This document shows, one piece after another, positions 35,601 to 48,384 of a stretch of 64,000 bases of DNA. Origin of the DNA: Macrostomum lignano (lineage: Eukaryota); NCBI GenBank assembly GCA_002269645.1, contig NIVC01001647.1, forward strand, positions 1-64,000, in the 5' to 3' direction. Within the stretch, counting starts at the first letter, position 1. Every line of letters starts with the position of its first letter. The position numbers were made by a program, and so were the translations under genes. Under the pieces are notes generated by a model that ran no database searches, was not told the DNA's origin, and was given only the letters and a program-made list of their open reading frames with translations.

Positions 35601-36901
35601 CCTCGCCGTCGCGCTCACCGTGGCCATTCAGCAGGTCCAGCAGGCAGTCGAAACTGTGCCGGAACATCAAAGGCGGCGCCAGTCCTGTCGATTGGTTCTC
35701 GCAATCGACTTTGAAAACTGCGACATAGTTGGGCGACTCCATGGAATAATCTAGAGGCGACTTCAAACTTGATGACAAAGGAGAGTCTTTGTAGTTGAAT
35801 TGTGCAGCAGAATTGCTGCTAGGCAGATCGGGATCTGAGTAGCTCCTGGCAATGGAACCTGTTAAGGATAAAGTACATGTAAAGCCTTAAATGAATTCAA
35901 AAGAACCATATGTACTTTAGATAATATAGATCATTGGCAAAAACTTACTATATAAATATGCTTCTATTGACTTTTTCTAGGCATATTTTTTAAAGTTTCA
36001 TTTCAATTAAAGTCTTCTAAAGTAAGTAAGTTTGGCTTGATGCCAAATCTGACATTATTATTATTTGAAATAAATTTAATATGGACCCTTAAATATAGGT
36101 TCTTACTTTATAAAAAATTGCTTAATATCAAATCATTAAAAATTATTAAATAGACAGCTATATTTGTTTGAATGCTTTGCAATAACTTTTTCAAAACTAT
36201 ACAAAAGCTATATGTAAAATAGTATCATTTATTGTATAATAAGTACATCAAGTATATTTTTATTTTGTGCCTTGCAAAAACAGACTTAGCCTAATAGCAT
36301 TCTAATTTCTATATATATATCCCAGTGTATATATATATATAACTATATAACTGTAAGATAGCATTTTCATTTTTATAGGTATAGATTACATAAAATGATG
36401 TCCTATATTGTTATATTACAAATACTTGATACTTCAATTCATACACACACATATAGGGTACAGCTAAAAGGTACAGCTAAGAATAGACAACAATATATAG
36501 TATAGGTTCATTTTGTTATTCCTAGACTCACCCAGTTTTTTCTGTAGCTGTTGCTGCTGCTTCTGCTGCTTCTGACAGTTAAAATAGCTTTGGCTTTTTG
36601 TTTTACATTGCTGCTGATGTGGAAGCTGGCGGAAACAGTTCAAGGCTGGAGCAGCTTGCGTGTCAACTGCTGACATAGTCGTCTGCGACGGCAAGTCTGC
36701 GGCTAAGGCAGGCGTGTACCTGCCTAGGGCTACTCTAGAGAAAGCAAAGTAGTGCGCAAATGCCGCTAATCCCGGTTGTCGTATTCGGCCAATTGGCGTA
36801 GTAGAACTGTATGGTCGTCTGTTTCCTTTGCTCTGCTGCTGCGACTGCTGCTGCTTGGTTGATCTCCTCTGCTTGGAGACGTGTAACAGTAGAGTGGTCA
36901 T
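32691..36901 (-). CDS. PPP1R3: PP1 glycogen-targeting regulatory subunit (PPP1R3 family, RVxF motif + CBM21), about 486 aa, 4 exons; one-base frameshift in the last exon as assembled
   Basis: Exons 36901-36532, 35858-35334, 34233-33935, 32956-32691 (phases 1, 1, 0). KKRVIFAD (RVxF); CBM21 motifs GSVSVKNISFKKRVFVRVSFDQW, DSFVF, FEFCVCF...WDSNLGANY. The last exon is 266 nt (3n+2); frame is restored by one extra base in the G run at 32933-32936. The N-terminal exon and start codon are less certain. Confidence 0.87.
33065..33918. repeat. About 13-bp minisatellite (CAGATCCCAGTCT) filling PPP1R3 intron 3
   Basis: Direct periodicity. Confidence 0.95.
34297..35305. repeat. About 30-bp minisatellite (GAACAACCTGAGGGAGGGAAACAGCCCAGT) filling PPP1R3 intron 2
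   Basis: Direct periodicity. Confidence 0.95.
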
Positions 36902-37599
36902 TTCTTTATTGTTTTAGCCTAACGCTGGCCATGTGAATTATCGTAAGCCGTCTAGTAGTAGCTTACTATCGCTTAGTCTAAAAGGAGAGCTAGCTAGCTA
37001 CCTAACTAGTCGACTTGCAAGAATGAATGCGGGAACGAATAGAGGGCAGTTTTATAAACTGCAGTTTAGCTGTGCAGTTGTTGTCCAATCCGAGTGCGGC
37101 CTTCCCTCTAGTCTAGAAAAACCCTTGCCGTTCAGCCGGCAACCCCTCCCCCTCATTTTGGGCCGTCCTTGCCAATTTTTCAGCCCGGTATGTACGCTGC
37201 GTCTATTTTTAGCCCGCGTGGACCTGGGACCAGCGGGGGGGAACAGTGTACATACGCGGCTATAGCGTACACTAACTAGCATACGAGTACAAAGGTATAT
37301 CAAAACAGGCTAAAAGCGGTTATGGGAACTGTCACAAGCCTTTATACCATCTCCGTTCTGCTTATGCCTATACCAAAAAATAAAAAACTACACAGAGAAC
37401 AGGCGTGGACCCAGAAAATTGTGAACGGGGTGGCGCAGATTACAAGTTATCTTTGTTTTTGATTTTTTACCAAGGCGCGTCACCTCCGACACGTCCCCCC
37501 CAGTAAAAGCTATGGAGTGGACATGCTAATGCTTTGCCCCCCCCACCCCACCTTGTGGCCCGTTGTGACAACAATATTTTTTCTTCAGAGCGCCAAAAT

Positions 37600-37860
37600 A
37601 TAGCGCCTTCGGCGCCAAAATGAGTGCCTGCGGCTCCAAAATGAGTGCCTGCGGTGCCATAATGAGTGCCTTTGGCGCCAAAATGAGTGCCTGCAGCGCT
37701 ATAATGAGTGCCTGCGGCGCTAAAACGAGTGCCTGCGGCGCCAAAATGAGTGCCTGCGGCGCCAATATGAGTGCCTGGGGCGCCAATATGAGTGCCTGCG
37801 GCGCTATAATGAGTGTCTGTGGCGCCAAAATGAGTGCCTGCTGCGCCGAAATGAGCGCTG
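37600..37860. repeat. 21-bp minisatellite (GGCGCCAAAATGAGTGCCTGC), about 12 copies
   Basis: Direct periodicity. Confidence 0.9.
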
Positions 37861-38620
37861 ACAACACAATTCTCAAAATAATGGAAACGTAGGAATTTAG
37901 TCATGTACATGTCTACATGCAAAATATGTTGAGTTCTTGGTAAAATATCAAAAATAAAATAAAATATCTAACTCGAACGCAAGGAACGCCCTTTGCGCGT
38001 CCCTAAATCCGCTACGGACAAAATAGTCAACAAACTAGCATTGGGATTTGTATTTTAGCAATCTCTGAGCAACGATTCTCATACTGCTTAAAAGTTATTT
38101 CGAACTCACGACTCACGTCAATGAATAATTCAGTAACTTGATGTTTTGATGTTTACATAACCTTATGTAACTATAAGCTCCAAAGAAGTGCATCTGATAG
38201 AAGAAATTTAATTTCATGAGTCAAAAATTCCCATGTTTAGTTGTAACAGACTTTATCTCTTTCTTGCTTTAAGTTCAGATAGATTACTCCTACTAATACA
38301 CAAATGTCTGGCTTACACTGCCCACTGAGTCACGCTATCTCTGACACTTAAGAAGCTAAATACCCGTAAAAGTGGACGAAAGAATGATATGAAGCTTCGT
38401 TTGCCCGTAAACAAGTCTCTTCATGGTCTACAAAGTTTATTTTGTAACATATTTGAGCTGGCCAATTCCCTATATTGAAACATTCTTATGCTGTTACTGT
38501 AAGTAAAAACATAAGGTCATTTTAGACATAAACAACTGAAGCATAAAAACGCTAAAGTCACAAGCTACTCGAAAAAAAATTGTAAAAAAATAGAGTTTTT
38601 TTCGAGTCAGTCGAAAAATC

Positions 38621-38775
38621 GACTGACTGACTGACTGACTGACTGACTGACTGACTGACTGACTGACTGACTGACTGACTGACTGACTGACTGACTGACT
38701 GACTGACTGACTGACTGACTGACTGACTGACTGACTGACTGACTGACTGACTGACTGACTGACTGACTGACTGAC
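38621..38775. repeat. (GACT)n microsatellite
   Basis: Pure tetranucleotide run. Confidence 0.98.
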
Positions 38776-39019
38776 CAAAGTCCTTAAATTAAAGCAGCAA
38801 GTATGGTACATTGCTCCAAGTTAATAAGAACGTCAAAAATAAATCTTTAAAAAAGAAAAGAAAAGATAATATTTGCTCAAGGACGTGCTCGTGCCAACGC
38901 TATATTACGTAATCCTTTCCACTCCCGATGCCCGAGTGATGTGAGGGGCTGATAGATAGAGATAAGGAAGAGACAACCCTGTTTTTATCTAGGAAAAGGC
39001 CTGCCGCCCACTCCCGTAT

Positions 39020-39330
39020 GGCAATTACTAGCTGAGCAAATTACCACTGGGCCCCACAGCACTGCGTATGCAGATCTGGTTCGGCAGCTGCAGATTCGAT
39101 CCCAGCCTGCGGTCCAGCTGCCCGCAGTCGCTCCTCCCACTTAGCTACCTTATCCTGCGCTCCACATCCACTACACTATTATTGCATCACAGAGGCCTTC
39201 CCATCTTTCCGTTCTCAGAGACCAGCCACTCCCTCCTTCCCAGGGATGCGTGAGAAGTAACGCCCCCATCCCGCGTCCCTCTTCTACGTTACAGCTTCCG
39301 CTGCGCATCCTCATATATATATATATATGA
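39020..39330 (+). mobile_element. Possible tRNA-derived SINE remnant
   Basis: A-box-like TAGCTGAGCAAA (39029-39040), B-box-like GATTCGATCCC (39093-39103) and a (TA)n tail at about 39313-39328. No second copy in the window to confirm. Confidence 0.3.
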
Positions 39331-39436
39331 CTCGGGGTTGAAACGAGTCAAGTGATACTCTCTGCTGTCATCCGGTCAGAGGATTGTAAATCATTTTCAT
39401 CCACCAGCTGGACGACCTCTAGCGAGCAGAGGATGA

Positions 39437-39910
39437 AATGGTGACCGCTGTCAGTGAGCAGATCGGTTAAATGGTGACCGCTGTCAGTGAGCAGATCGGT
39501 TAAATGGTGACCGCTATCAGTGAGCAGATCGGTTGAATGGTGACCGCTGTCAGTGAGCAGATCGGTTAAATGGTGACCGCTGTCAGTGAGCAGATCGGTT
39601 AAATGGTGACCGCTGTCAGTGAGCAGATCGGTTAAATGGTGACCGCTATCAGTGAGCAGATCGGTTAAATGGTGACCGCTGTCAGTGAGCAGATCGGTTA
39701 AATGGTGACCGCTGTCAGTGAGCAGATCGGTTAAATGGTGACCGCTGTCAGTGAGCAGATCGGTTGAATGGTGACCGCTGTCAGTGAGCAGATCGGTTAA
39801 ATGGTGACCGCTGTCAGTGAGCAGATCGGTTAAATGGTGACCGCTGTCAGTGAGCAGATGAAATGGTGACCGCTGTCAGTGAGCAGATGAAATGGTGACC
39901 GCTGTCAGTG
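39437..39910. repeat. 33-bp minisatellite (AAATGGTGACCGCTGTCAGTGAGCAGATCGGTT), about 14 copies
   Basis: Direct periodicity. Confidence 0.95.
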
Positions 39911-40254
39911 GGGCATAAGGTCCAAGGTTACCCCATTAAAAATGCATGACACCATTTCTTTTCAATGGACACAACATCCGAAAAAAAATGGAGGCAAGAC
40001 TTGCACTCGCTTTGCTGTTGCGTAACATCTGACAGCTTTTTGACCACGCATTGTCAGCAGGCCTGTCAGTCAATGCCCGCCTGCATTGGCCCCATTGTGG
40101 TGCGTCGAAGCAGGTGACGAAACCGTGGCTTCACCGATTCAAAACTCGTGTCTCACCTGTCTCGCTTACCTGACTGAGCGAACACCTGGGCCGGCTTTTT
40201 AATCTCCGGTAGTCAATTTGTCGCTTGACAGTAGCGAGTCACGCACGGGCTGGA

Positions 40255-41445
40255 TAAAGTAGAATCTTTACAAACTATAGAATCTTCACAAACTATAGAA
40301 TCTTCACAAACTATAGAATCTTCACAAACTATAGAATCTTTACAAACTATAGAATCTTCACAAACTATAGAATCTTCACAAACTAAACTATAGAGCATTC
40401 ACTAACTATAGAGTATTCACAAACTATAGAGTATTCACGAACTATAGAGTATTCACAAACTATAGAGTATTCACAAACTATAGAGTATTCACAAACTATA
40501 GAGCATTCACAAACTATAGAGTATTCACAAACTATAGAGTATTCACAAACTATAGAGTATTCACAAACTATAGAGTATTCACAAACTATAGAGTATTCAC
40601 AAACTATAGAGTATTCACAAACTATAGAGTATTCACAAACTATAGAGTATTCACAAACTATAGAGTATTCACAAACTATAGAGTATTCACGAACTATAGA
40701 GTATTCACAAACTATAGAGTATTCACAAACTATAGAGTATTCACGAACTATAGAGTATTCACAAACTATAGAGTATTCACAAACTATAGAGTATTCACAA
40801 ACTATAGAGTATTCACAAACTATAGAGTATTCACAAACTATAGAGTATTCACAAACTATAGAGTATTCACGAACTATAGAGTATTCACAAACTATAGAGT
40901 ATTCACGAACTATAGAGCATTCACTAACTATAGAGTATTCACAAACTATAGAGTATTCACAAACTATAGAGTATTCACGAACTATAGAGCATTCACTAAC
41001 TATAGAGTATTCACGAACTATACAGTATTCACAAACTATAGAATATTCACTAACTATAGAGTATTCACAAACTATAGAGTATTCACGAACTATAGAGTAT
41101 TCACAAACTATAGAGTATTCACAAACTATAGAGTATTCACGAACTATAGAGTATTCACAAACTATAGAGTATTCACAAACTATAGAGTATTCACAAACTA
41201 TAGAGTATTCACAAACTATAGAGTATTCACGAACTATAGAGTATTCACAAACTATAGAGTATTCACGAACTATAGAGCATTCACTAACTATAGAGTATTC
41301 ACAAACTATAGAGTATTCACAAACTATAGAGTATTCACGAACTATAGAGCATTCACAAACTATAGAGTATTCACAAACTATAGAGCATTCACTAACTATA
41401 GAGTATTCACAAACTATAGAGTATTCACGAACTATAGAGTATTCA
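40255..41445. repeat. 18-bp minisatellite (TATTCACAAACTATAGAG), about 65 copies
   Basis: Direct periodicity. Confidence 0.95.
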
Positions 41446-41884
41446 TATCAATTTAAACCCCGAGCTTTGGCAACCGAAGTCATTCGGCACCTTTGGTCAG
41501 CGGCTGCATGATAACTGCATGGGGTGTCCGGTTTTCACATCTGGTTTTGCGCAATCAACTTTCTCTTCCATCCTCTGGCCTCTGCTTCTAATAGCAGCAG
41601 ACACAAAGTCTTAGTGGCCAAAAAGTGGTAAATTTTCTAATGTGTCTGGCAGGGTCATTGGGAATGCGCAGTTTTTTATGGCCAGTGCGGCTTCTTTGGA
41701 TCGCGGCAACTTTGCAGCCCGACCGCCGCGCCCCTCTGCATTTGCGAAGCAGAACTGATGGGTCACCACTTTTATTTTGCATCGCGTCTCTCCCCTACTG
41801 CTGTGAGATCTGGATTTACCATCTACTAGGATTCTCGCACAATTTTGTACTATCATTCATTATTCTGTTCTCAGTACTCTATTC

Positions 41885-43235
41885 TCGTCTGTTCTCACCT
41901 GCCCTCACCTGTTCTCACCTGTTCTCAGTGTTTCTCACCTGTTTCTCACCTATTTCTCACCTGTTTCTCACCTGTTTCTCACCTGTTTCTCACCTGTTTC
42001 TCACCTGTTTCTCACCTGTTTTCACATGTTCTTACCTGTTTCTCACCTGTTTCTCACCTGTTTCTCACCTATTTCTCACCTGTTTCTCACCTGTTTCTCA
42101 CCTGTTTCTCACCTGTTTCTCACCTGTTTCTCACCTGTTTTCACATGTTCTCACATGTTCTCACCTGTTCTCGCCTGTTCTCACCTGTTCTCACATGTTC
42201 TCACTTGTTCTCACCTGTTCTCACCTGTTTCTCACCTGTTTCTCACCTGTTTCTCACCTGTTTCTCACCTGTTTCTCACCTGTTTCTCACCTGTTTCTCA
42301 CCTATTTCTCACCTGTTTATCACCTGTTTCTCACCTGTTTCTCACCTGTTTCTCACCTGTTTCTCACCTGTTTCTCACCTGTTTCTCACCTGTTTCTCAC
42401 CTGTTTCTCACCTGTTTCTCACCTGTTTCTCACCTGTTTCTCACCTGTTTCTCACCTGTTTCTCACCTGTTTATCACCTGTTTCTCACCTGTTTCTCACC
42501 TGTTTCTCACCTGTTTCTCACCTGTTTCTCACCTGTTTCTCACCTGTTTCTCACCAGTTTCTCACCTGTTTTCACATGTTCTTACCTGTTTCTCACCTGT
42601 TTCTCACCTGTTTCTCACCTATTTCTCACCTGTTTCTCACCTGTTTCTCACCTGTTTCTCACCTGTTTCTCACCTGTTTCTCACCTGTTTCTCACCTGTT
42701 TCTCACCTGTTTTCACATGTTCTCACATGTTCTCACCTGTTCTCGCCTGTTCTCACCTGTTCTCACATGTTCTCACTTGTTCTCACCTGTTCTCACCTGT
42801 TTCTCACCTGTTCTCACCTGTTTCTCACCTGTTCTCACCTGTTTTCACCTGTTTCTCACCTGTTTCTCACCTGTTTCTCACCTGTTTCTCACCTGTTTTC
42901 ACATGTTCTCACCTGTTCTCGCCTGTTCTCACCTGTTCTCACATGTTCTCACTTGTTCTCACCTGTTCTCACCTGTTTCTCACCTGTTCTCACCTGTTTC
43001 TCACCTGTTCTCACCTGTTTTCACCTGTTTCTCACCTGTTTCTCACCTGTTTCTCACCTGTTTCTCACCTGTTTCTCACCTGTTTTCACATGTTCTTACC
43101 TGTTTCTCACCTGTTTCTCACCTGTTTCTCACCTATTTCTCACCTGTTTCTCACCTGTTCTCACATGTTCTCACATGTTCTCACCTGCCCTCACCTGTTC
43201 TCACCTGTTTCTCATATGTTCTCATCTGTTTTCAG
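41885..43235. repeat. 10-11 bp minisatellite (TTTCTCACCTG), about 120 copies
   Basis: Direct periodicity; source of the spurious 422-537 aa ORFs. Confidence 0.95.
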
Positions 43236-43864
43236 TGACTCCCGTTCTGAAGCCAATTTCATGTGAGTTATGCACAGCTGTCAAATTTAGTTAATTAAAA
43301 ACATTAGCAAAAAGTATGAACTTAGGAAACACAAGAGTAGGCTGTTAAGCTGCTTTTTATTTCGCTCAAGCAAAACCTTTGCATATTCCGGGTTCTCTCG
43401 AACACTCCTCTACAAAAAGCCGCCTTTCAACTCTGCCAATTTAAGTCCTCTTCCGGGTGGCTTGCTGCTTTTGCGGGCAGACTTTGCGTGCGACTCGCCC
43501 CTCCCCCATCAGGACCGACCAACGCTTTATCAGCATCACCCAGTAAAAAAAGGTTTGCGCTGTCAAAATCAACAGCAGAGTGCAGAGGCAGGTTAAAAAA
43601 GCAAGTGCGGACTGGGCTGGCTTTAAACTAAGAAACAGAAGGGCATTGTTTCTGCTCAAACAATAGAGTGCTTAAGCTGCAGCAGAGAATGAGGAGCTTC
43701 CGCTTTGCAACTGCCTCGGCACAGATGCTCTCAGACTGGCTTCTACGAGCGTTGCTGCTGATGCACTTTTCTGGCCCTCTCTTCCGTTCTTTCGCAAAGA
43801 GCAAAAGACTTTGACAGTATTTGTCACATTGACCTGGATTGCACTCCGCTTTCGCTCTGCAACT

Positions 43865-46540
43865 CAAACTGCTCTCTGTCTCTCTACTTCTCTATCCGTC
43901 TCTCTACTTCCTTACCCGTCTCTCTACTCATCTATCCGTCTCTCTACTTCTCTATCCGTCTCTCTACTTCTCTATGCATCTCTCTACTTCTCTATGCATC
44001 TCTCTACTTCTCTATGCATCTCGCTCTACTTCTCTATGCATCTCTCTACTTCTCTATGCATCTCTCTACTTCTCTATCCATCTCTCTACTTCTCTATCCA
44101 TCTCTCTACTCCTCTGTCTATCTCTCTACTTCTCTATGCATCTCTCTACTTCTCTATCCTTCTCTCTACTCCTCTGTTCATCTCTTTACTTCTCTATCCA
44201 TCTCTCTACTTCTCTATGCATCTCTCTACTTCTCTATGCATCTCTCTACTTCTCTATGCATCTCTCTACTTCTCTATCCGTCTCTCTACTTCTCTATGCA
44301 TCTCTCTACTTCTCTATGCATCTCGCTCTACTTCTCTATGCATCTCTCTACTTCTCTATGCATCTCTCTACTTCTCTATCCATCTCTCTACTTCTCTATG
44401 CATCTCTCTACTTCTCTATCCATCTCTCTACTTCTCTATCCATCTCTCTACTCCTCTGTCCATCTCTCTACTTCTCTATGCATCTCTCTACTTCTCTATC
44501 CGTCTCTCTACTCCTCTGTTCATCTCTTTACTTCTCTATCCATCTCTCTACTTCTCTATGCATCTCTCTACTTCTCTATGCATCTCTCTACTTCTCTATG
44601 CATCTCTCTACTTCTCTATGCATCTCGCTCTACTTCTCTATGCATCTCTCTACTTCTCTATGCATCTCTCTACTTCTCTATCCGTCTCTCTACTTCCTTA
44701 CCCGTCTCTCTACTCATCTATCCGTCTCTCTACTTCTCTATCCGTCTCTCTACTTCTCTATGCATCTCTCTACTTCTCTATGCATCTCTCTACTTCTCTA
44801 TGCATCTCGCTCTACTTCTCTATGCATCTCTCTACTTCTCTATGCATCTCTCTACTTCTCTATGCATCTCTCTACTTCTCTATGCATCTCGCTCTACTTC
44901 TCTATGCATCTCTCTACTTCTCTATGCATCTCTCTACTTCTCTATCCATCTCTCTACTTCTCTATCCATCTCTCTACTCCTCTGTCTATCTCTCTACTTC
45001 TCTATGCATCTCTCTACTTCTCTATCCTTCTCTCTACTCCTCTGTTCATCTCTTTACTTCTCTATCCATCTCTCTACTTCTCTATGCATCTCTCTACTTC
45101 TCTATGCATCTCTCTACTTCTCTATGCATCTCTCTACTTCTCTATCCGTCTCTCTACTTCTCTATGCATCTCTCTACTTCTCTATGCATCTCGCTCTACT
45201 TCTCTATGCATCTCTCTACTTCTCTATGCATCTCTCTACTTCTCTATCCATCTCTCTACTTCTCTATGCATCTCTCTACTTCTCTATCCATCTCTCTACT
45301 TCTCTATCCATCTCTCTACTCCTCTGTCCATCTCTCTACTTCTCTATGCATCTCTCTACTTCTCTATCCGTCTCTCTACTCCTCTGTTCATCTCTTTACT
45401 TCTCTATCCATCTCTCTACTTCTCTATGCATCTCTCTACTTCTCTATGCATCTCTCTACTTCTCTATGCATCTCTCTACTTCTCTATGCATCTCGCTCTA
45501 CTTCTCTATGCATCTCTCTACTTCTCTATGCATCTCTCTACTTCTCTATCCATCTCTCTACTTCTCTATCCATCTCTCTACTTCTCTATCCATCTCTCTA
45601 CTTCTCTATCCATCTCTCTACTCCTCTGTCCATCTCTCTACTTTTCTATGCATCTCTCTACTTCTCTATCCTTCTCTCTACTCCTCTGTTCATCTCTTTA
45701 CTTCTCTATCCATCTCTCTACTTCTCTATGCATCTCTCTACTTCTCTATGCATCTCTCTACTTCTCTATGCATCTCTCTACTTCTCTATGCATCTCGCTC
45801 TACTTCTCTATGCATCTCTCTACTTCTCTATGCATCTATCTACTTCTCTATCCATCTCTCTACTTCTCTATCCATCTCTCTACTCCTCTGTCTATCTCTC
45901 TACTTCTCTATGCATCTCTCTACTTCTCTATCCTTCTCTCTACTCCTCTGTTCATCTCTTTACTTCTCTATCCATCTCTCTACTTCTCTATGCATCTCTC
46001 TACTTCTCTATGCATCTCTCTACTTCTCTATGCATCTCTCTACTTCTCTATCCATCTCTCTACTTCTCTATCCATCTCTCTACTCCTCTGTCTATCTCTC
46101 TACTTCTCTATGCATCTCTCTACTTCTCTATCCTTCTCTCTACTCCTCTGTTCATCTCTTTACTTCTCTATCCATCTCTCTACTTCTCTATGCATCTCTC
46201 TACTTCTCTATGCATCTCTCTACTTCTCTATGCATCTCTCTACTTCTCTATCCATCTCTCTACTTTTCTATGCATCTCTCTACTTCTCTATCCATCTCTC
46301 TACTTCTCTATCCATCTCTCTACTCCTCTGTCCATCTCTCTACTTTTCTATGCATCTCTCTACTTCTCTATGCATCTCTCTACTTCTCTATGCATCTCTC
46401 TACTTCTCTATCCATCTCTCTACTTTTCTATGCATCTCTCTACTTCTCTATCCATCTCTCTACTTCTCTATCCATCTCTCTACTCCTCTGTCCATCTCTC
46501 CACTCCTCTGTTCATCTCTCTACTCCTTTATCCGTCTCTC
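43865..46540. repeat. 20-bp minisatellite (TCTCTCTACTTCTCTATGCA), about 130 copies, with 302-bp higher-order period
   Basis: Direct periodicity; variant TCGCT marker at 44021, 44323, 44625 and at 44889, 45191, 45493, 45795. Confidence 0.95.
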
Positions 46541-47109
46541 TAGAACCACAAGAATGCCACGCAAGCTCACTATTCTGTCTATTTATGTCTGTATTAAAAA
46601 TAAATTTCAGATCAATGAACCAATATGCACTTTCTCTAGATCGTTTCGGATTTCCCAATCGGTGACTTTGGAACAATCTGGGGATTCGTTTAGTCGGTAG
46701 TAAAGAATAGGGGAATTGGACTGGAGTGGCTCTGTGAGCTCCAGTGAGCAGGCTCTGATTGATGGCAGTGGATTGTCAACAGTAATTATTAATTAAAAGG
46801 GGGGCCCTGCCAATCAGCACCCGCCTCTTTGGAGTAAAATATTCCTGAGTCAAGGAGGGAGGAGTCAATTATCTCACTTTTTCATTCATCCTGCAACCTG
46901 ACAATAGGTGGGTAGCTCTGTGGACAGGAAGCATCCATAACTTATGGGGGGACAAATGCAGTACTTCTGTGTGCAGATTTCAGATTTACTCAATCGCTGA
47001 TCCTCTTCTATTAGTACTCGGCTCAGTGTCCATTCTAGTTGGTGCATGGCTGAACTGCAAGTACGGCTCACTAGAGTAGATCTCGACTGACTCTCAGCTG
47101 TCGAGTGTA

Positions 47110-47488
47110 CGAGGAACAGGGGAGATTAGGAGAGGAACAGGGGAGACTAGGATAGGAACAGGGGAGACTAAGAGAGGAACAGGGGAGACTAGGAGAGGAA
47201 CAGGGGAGACTAGGATACAAACAGGAGAGACTAGGAGAGGAACAGGGGAGACTAGGAGAGGAACAGGGGAGACTAGGAGAGGAACAGGGGAGACTAGGAG
47301 AGGAACAGTGGAGACTAGGAGAGGAACAGGGGAGACTAGGAGAGGAACAGGGGAGACTAGGAGAGGAACAGGGGAGACTAGGAGAGGAACAGGGGAGACT
47401 AGCAGAGGAACAGGGGAGACTAGGAGAGGAACAGGGGAGACTAGCAGAGGAACAGGGGAGACTAGGAGAGGAACAGGGGAGACTAAGG
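47110..47488. repeat. 21-bp minisatellite (GGAGACTAGGAGAGGAACAGG), about 18 copies
   Basis: Direct periodicity. Confidence 0.95.
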
Positions 47489-48384
47489 CAGGAACACCCG
47501 TCCAGCCTTACAGGCATCACAGAGAGGCAGCAGCAGCCGGTTGTGCCCCAGAGAAATATCTGTATTATCCTCCACAGGGTCAGTGCGAGCCTCCCGGCCA
47601 AGATTGGTTAATTGAGTCACAGCAGCAGCAGCAGCAGCAGAAGCCAGCCGCAACAATTGGCACTCGGAGCCGATAAGCCGCGTCTGCAGGAATTTCTGCT
47701 CGCCCGCCAGCTTCCTGTTGCGCAATCGAGGTCGCCGCGGACATTCCATCGTATTCTCCGGACAGAAATGGCCGAAAATTGCATGACTGAAACGCAGGCA
47801 AACTATTTGGTTGGGCCTGGAAACTTACAAGTTAATAAGCCGCTTTGATATACAACTCGAGGGCACCATCTTCGCCGAAGTCAACGTGCCTCTTCTCCAA
47901 CACTGGCTCTCTCTCTCTCTTTTTCTCCATCTCGATTTTCCGTTTCTATCTGCTTTGCCTCATCCGCCTCGGTCCAGATGCTGTGTGTGTGTGGGAAACT
48001 CCGCAGCTCGCGGCGCCCTTGGCGACAGGCGGGGCAGAAGATTGCGGAGGGAGATTCGCACATCTGCCAGATATCCCGTCCGGGACTCGCTAAGGCGAGA
48101 AAGTGGGAATGTTTCACTAAAAACATTACGTAATAACTCTTGTTGCCACATGCACCATTTAAACGGATTTTGGCCTCGGGGCGGGGGGGGGCATCTTGGG
48201 GATGGTGCTATCGTGTTGGCCGACTAGGGATTCACACAGCTGAGAGGCGTGAGGGTGAACAGCCGGATAAAAGTTTTGCGGGAAAACCTTTTATGCTGCA
48301 TTTTTACCATCGGCTGGTGTGTTTGCTATCTGCTACAAAATCGATTCGAATCGAAAAGATTTATTTGGATTAGGGTCAACGTTG

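Noticed and set aside
41625-46700. Very long ORFs (422-953 aa) resembling multi-pass membrane proteins
   Set aside because: They are translations of stop-free 11-bp and 20-bp minisatellites, open in all three frames. The same applies to the ORFs over the arrays at 15-1178, 13446-14111, 19008-19957, 33019-35329, 52481-53915, 60435-60966 and 62659-63817.
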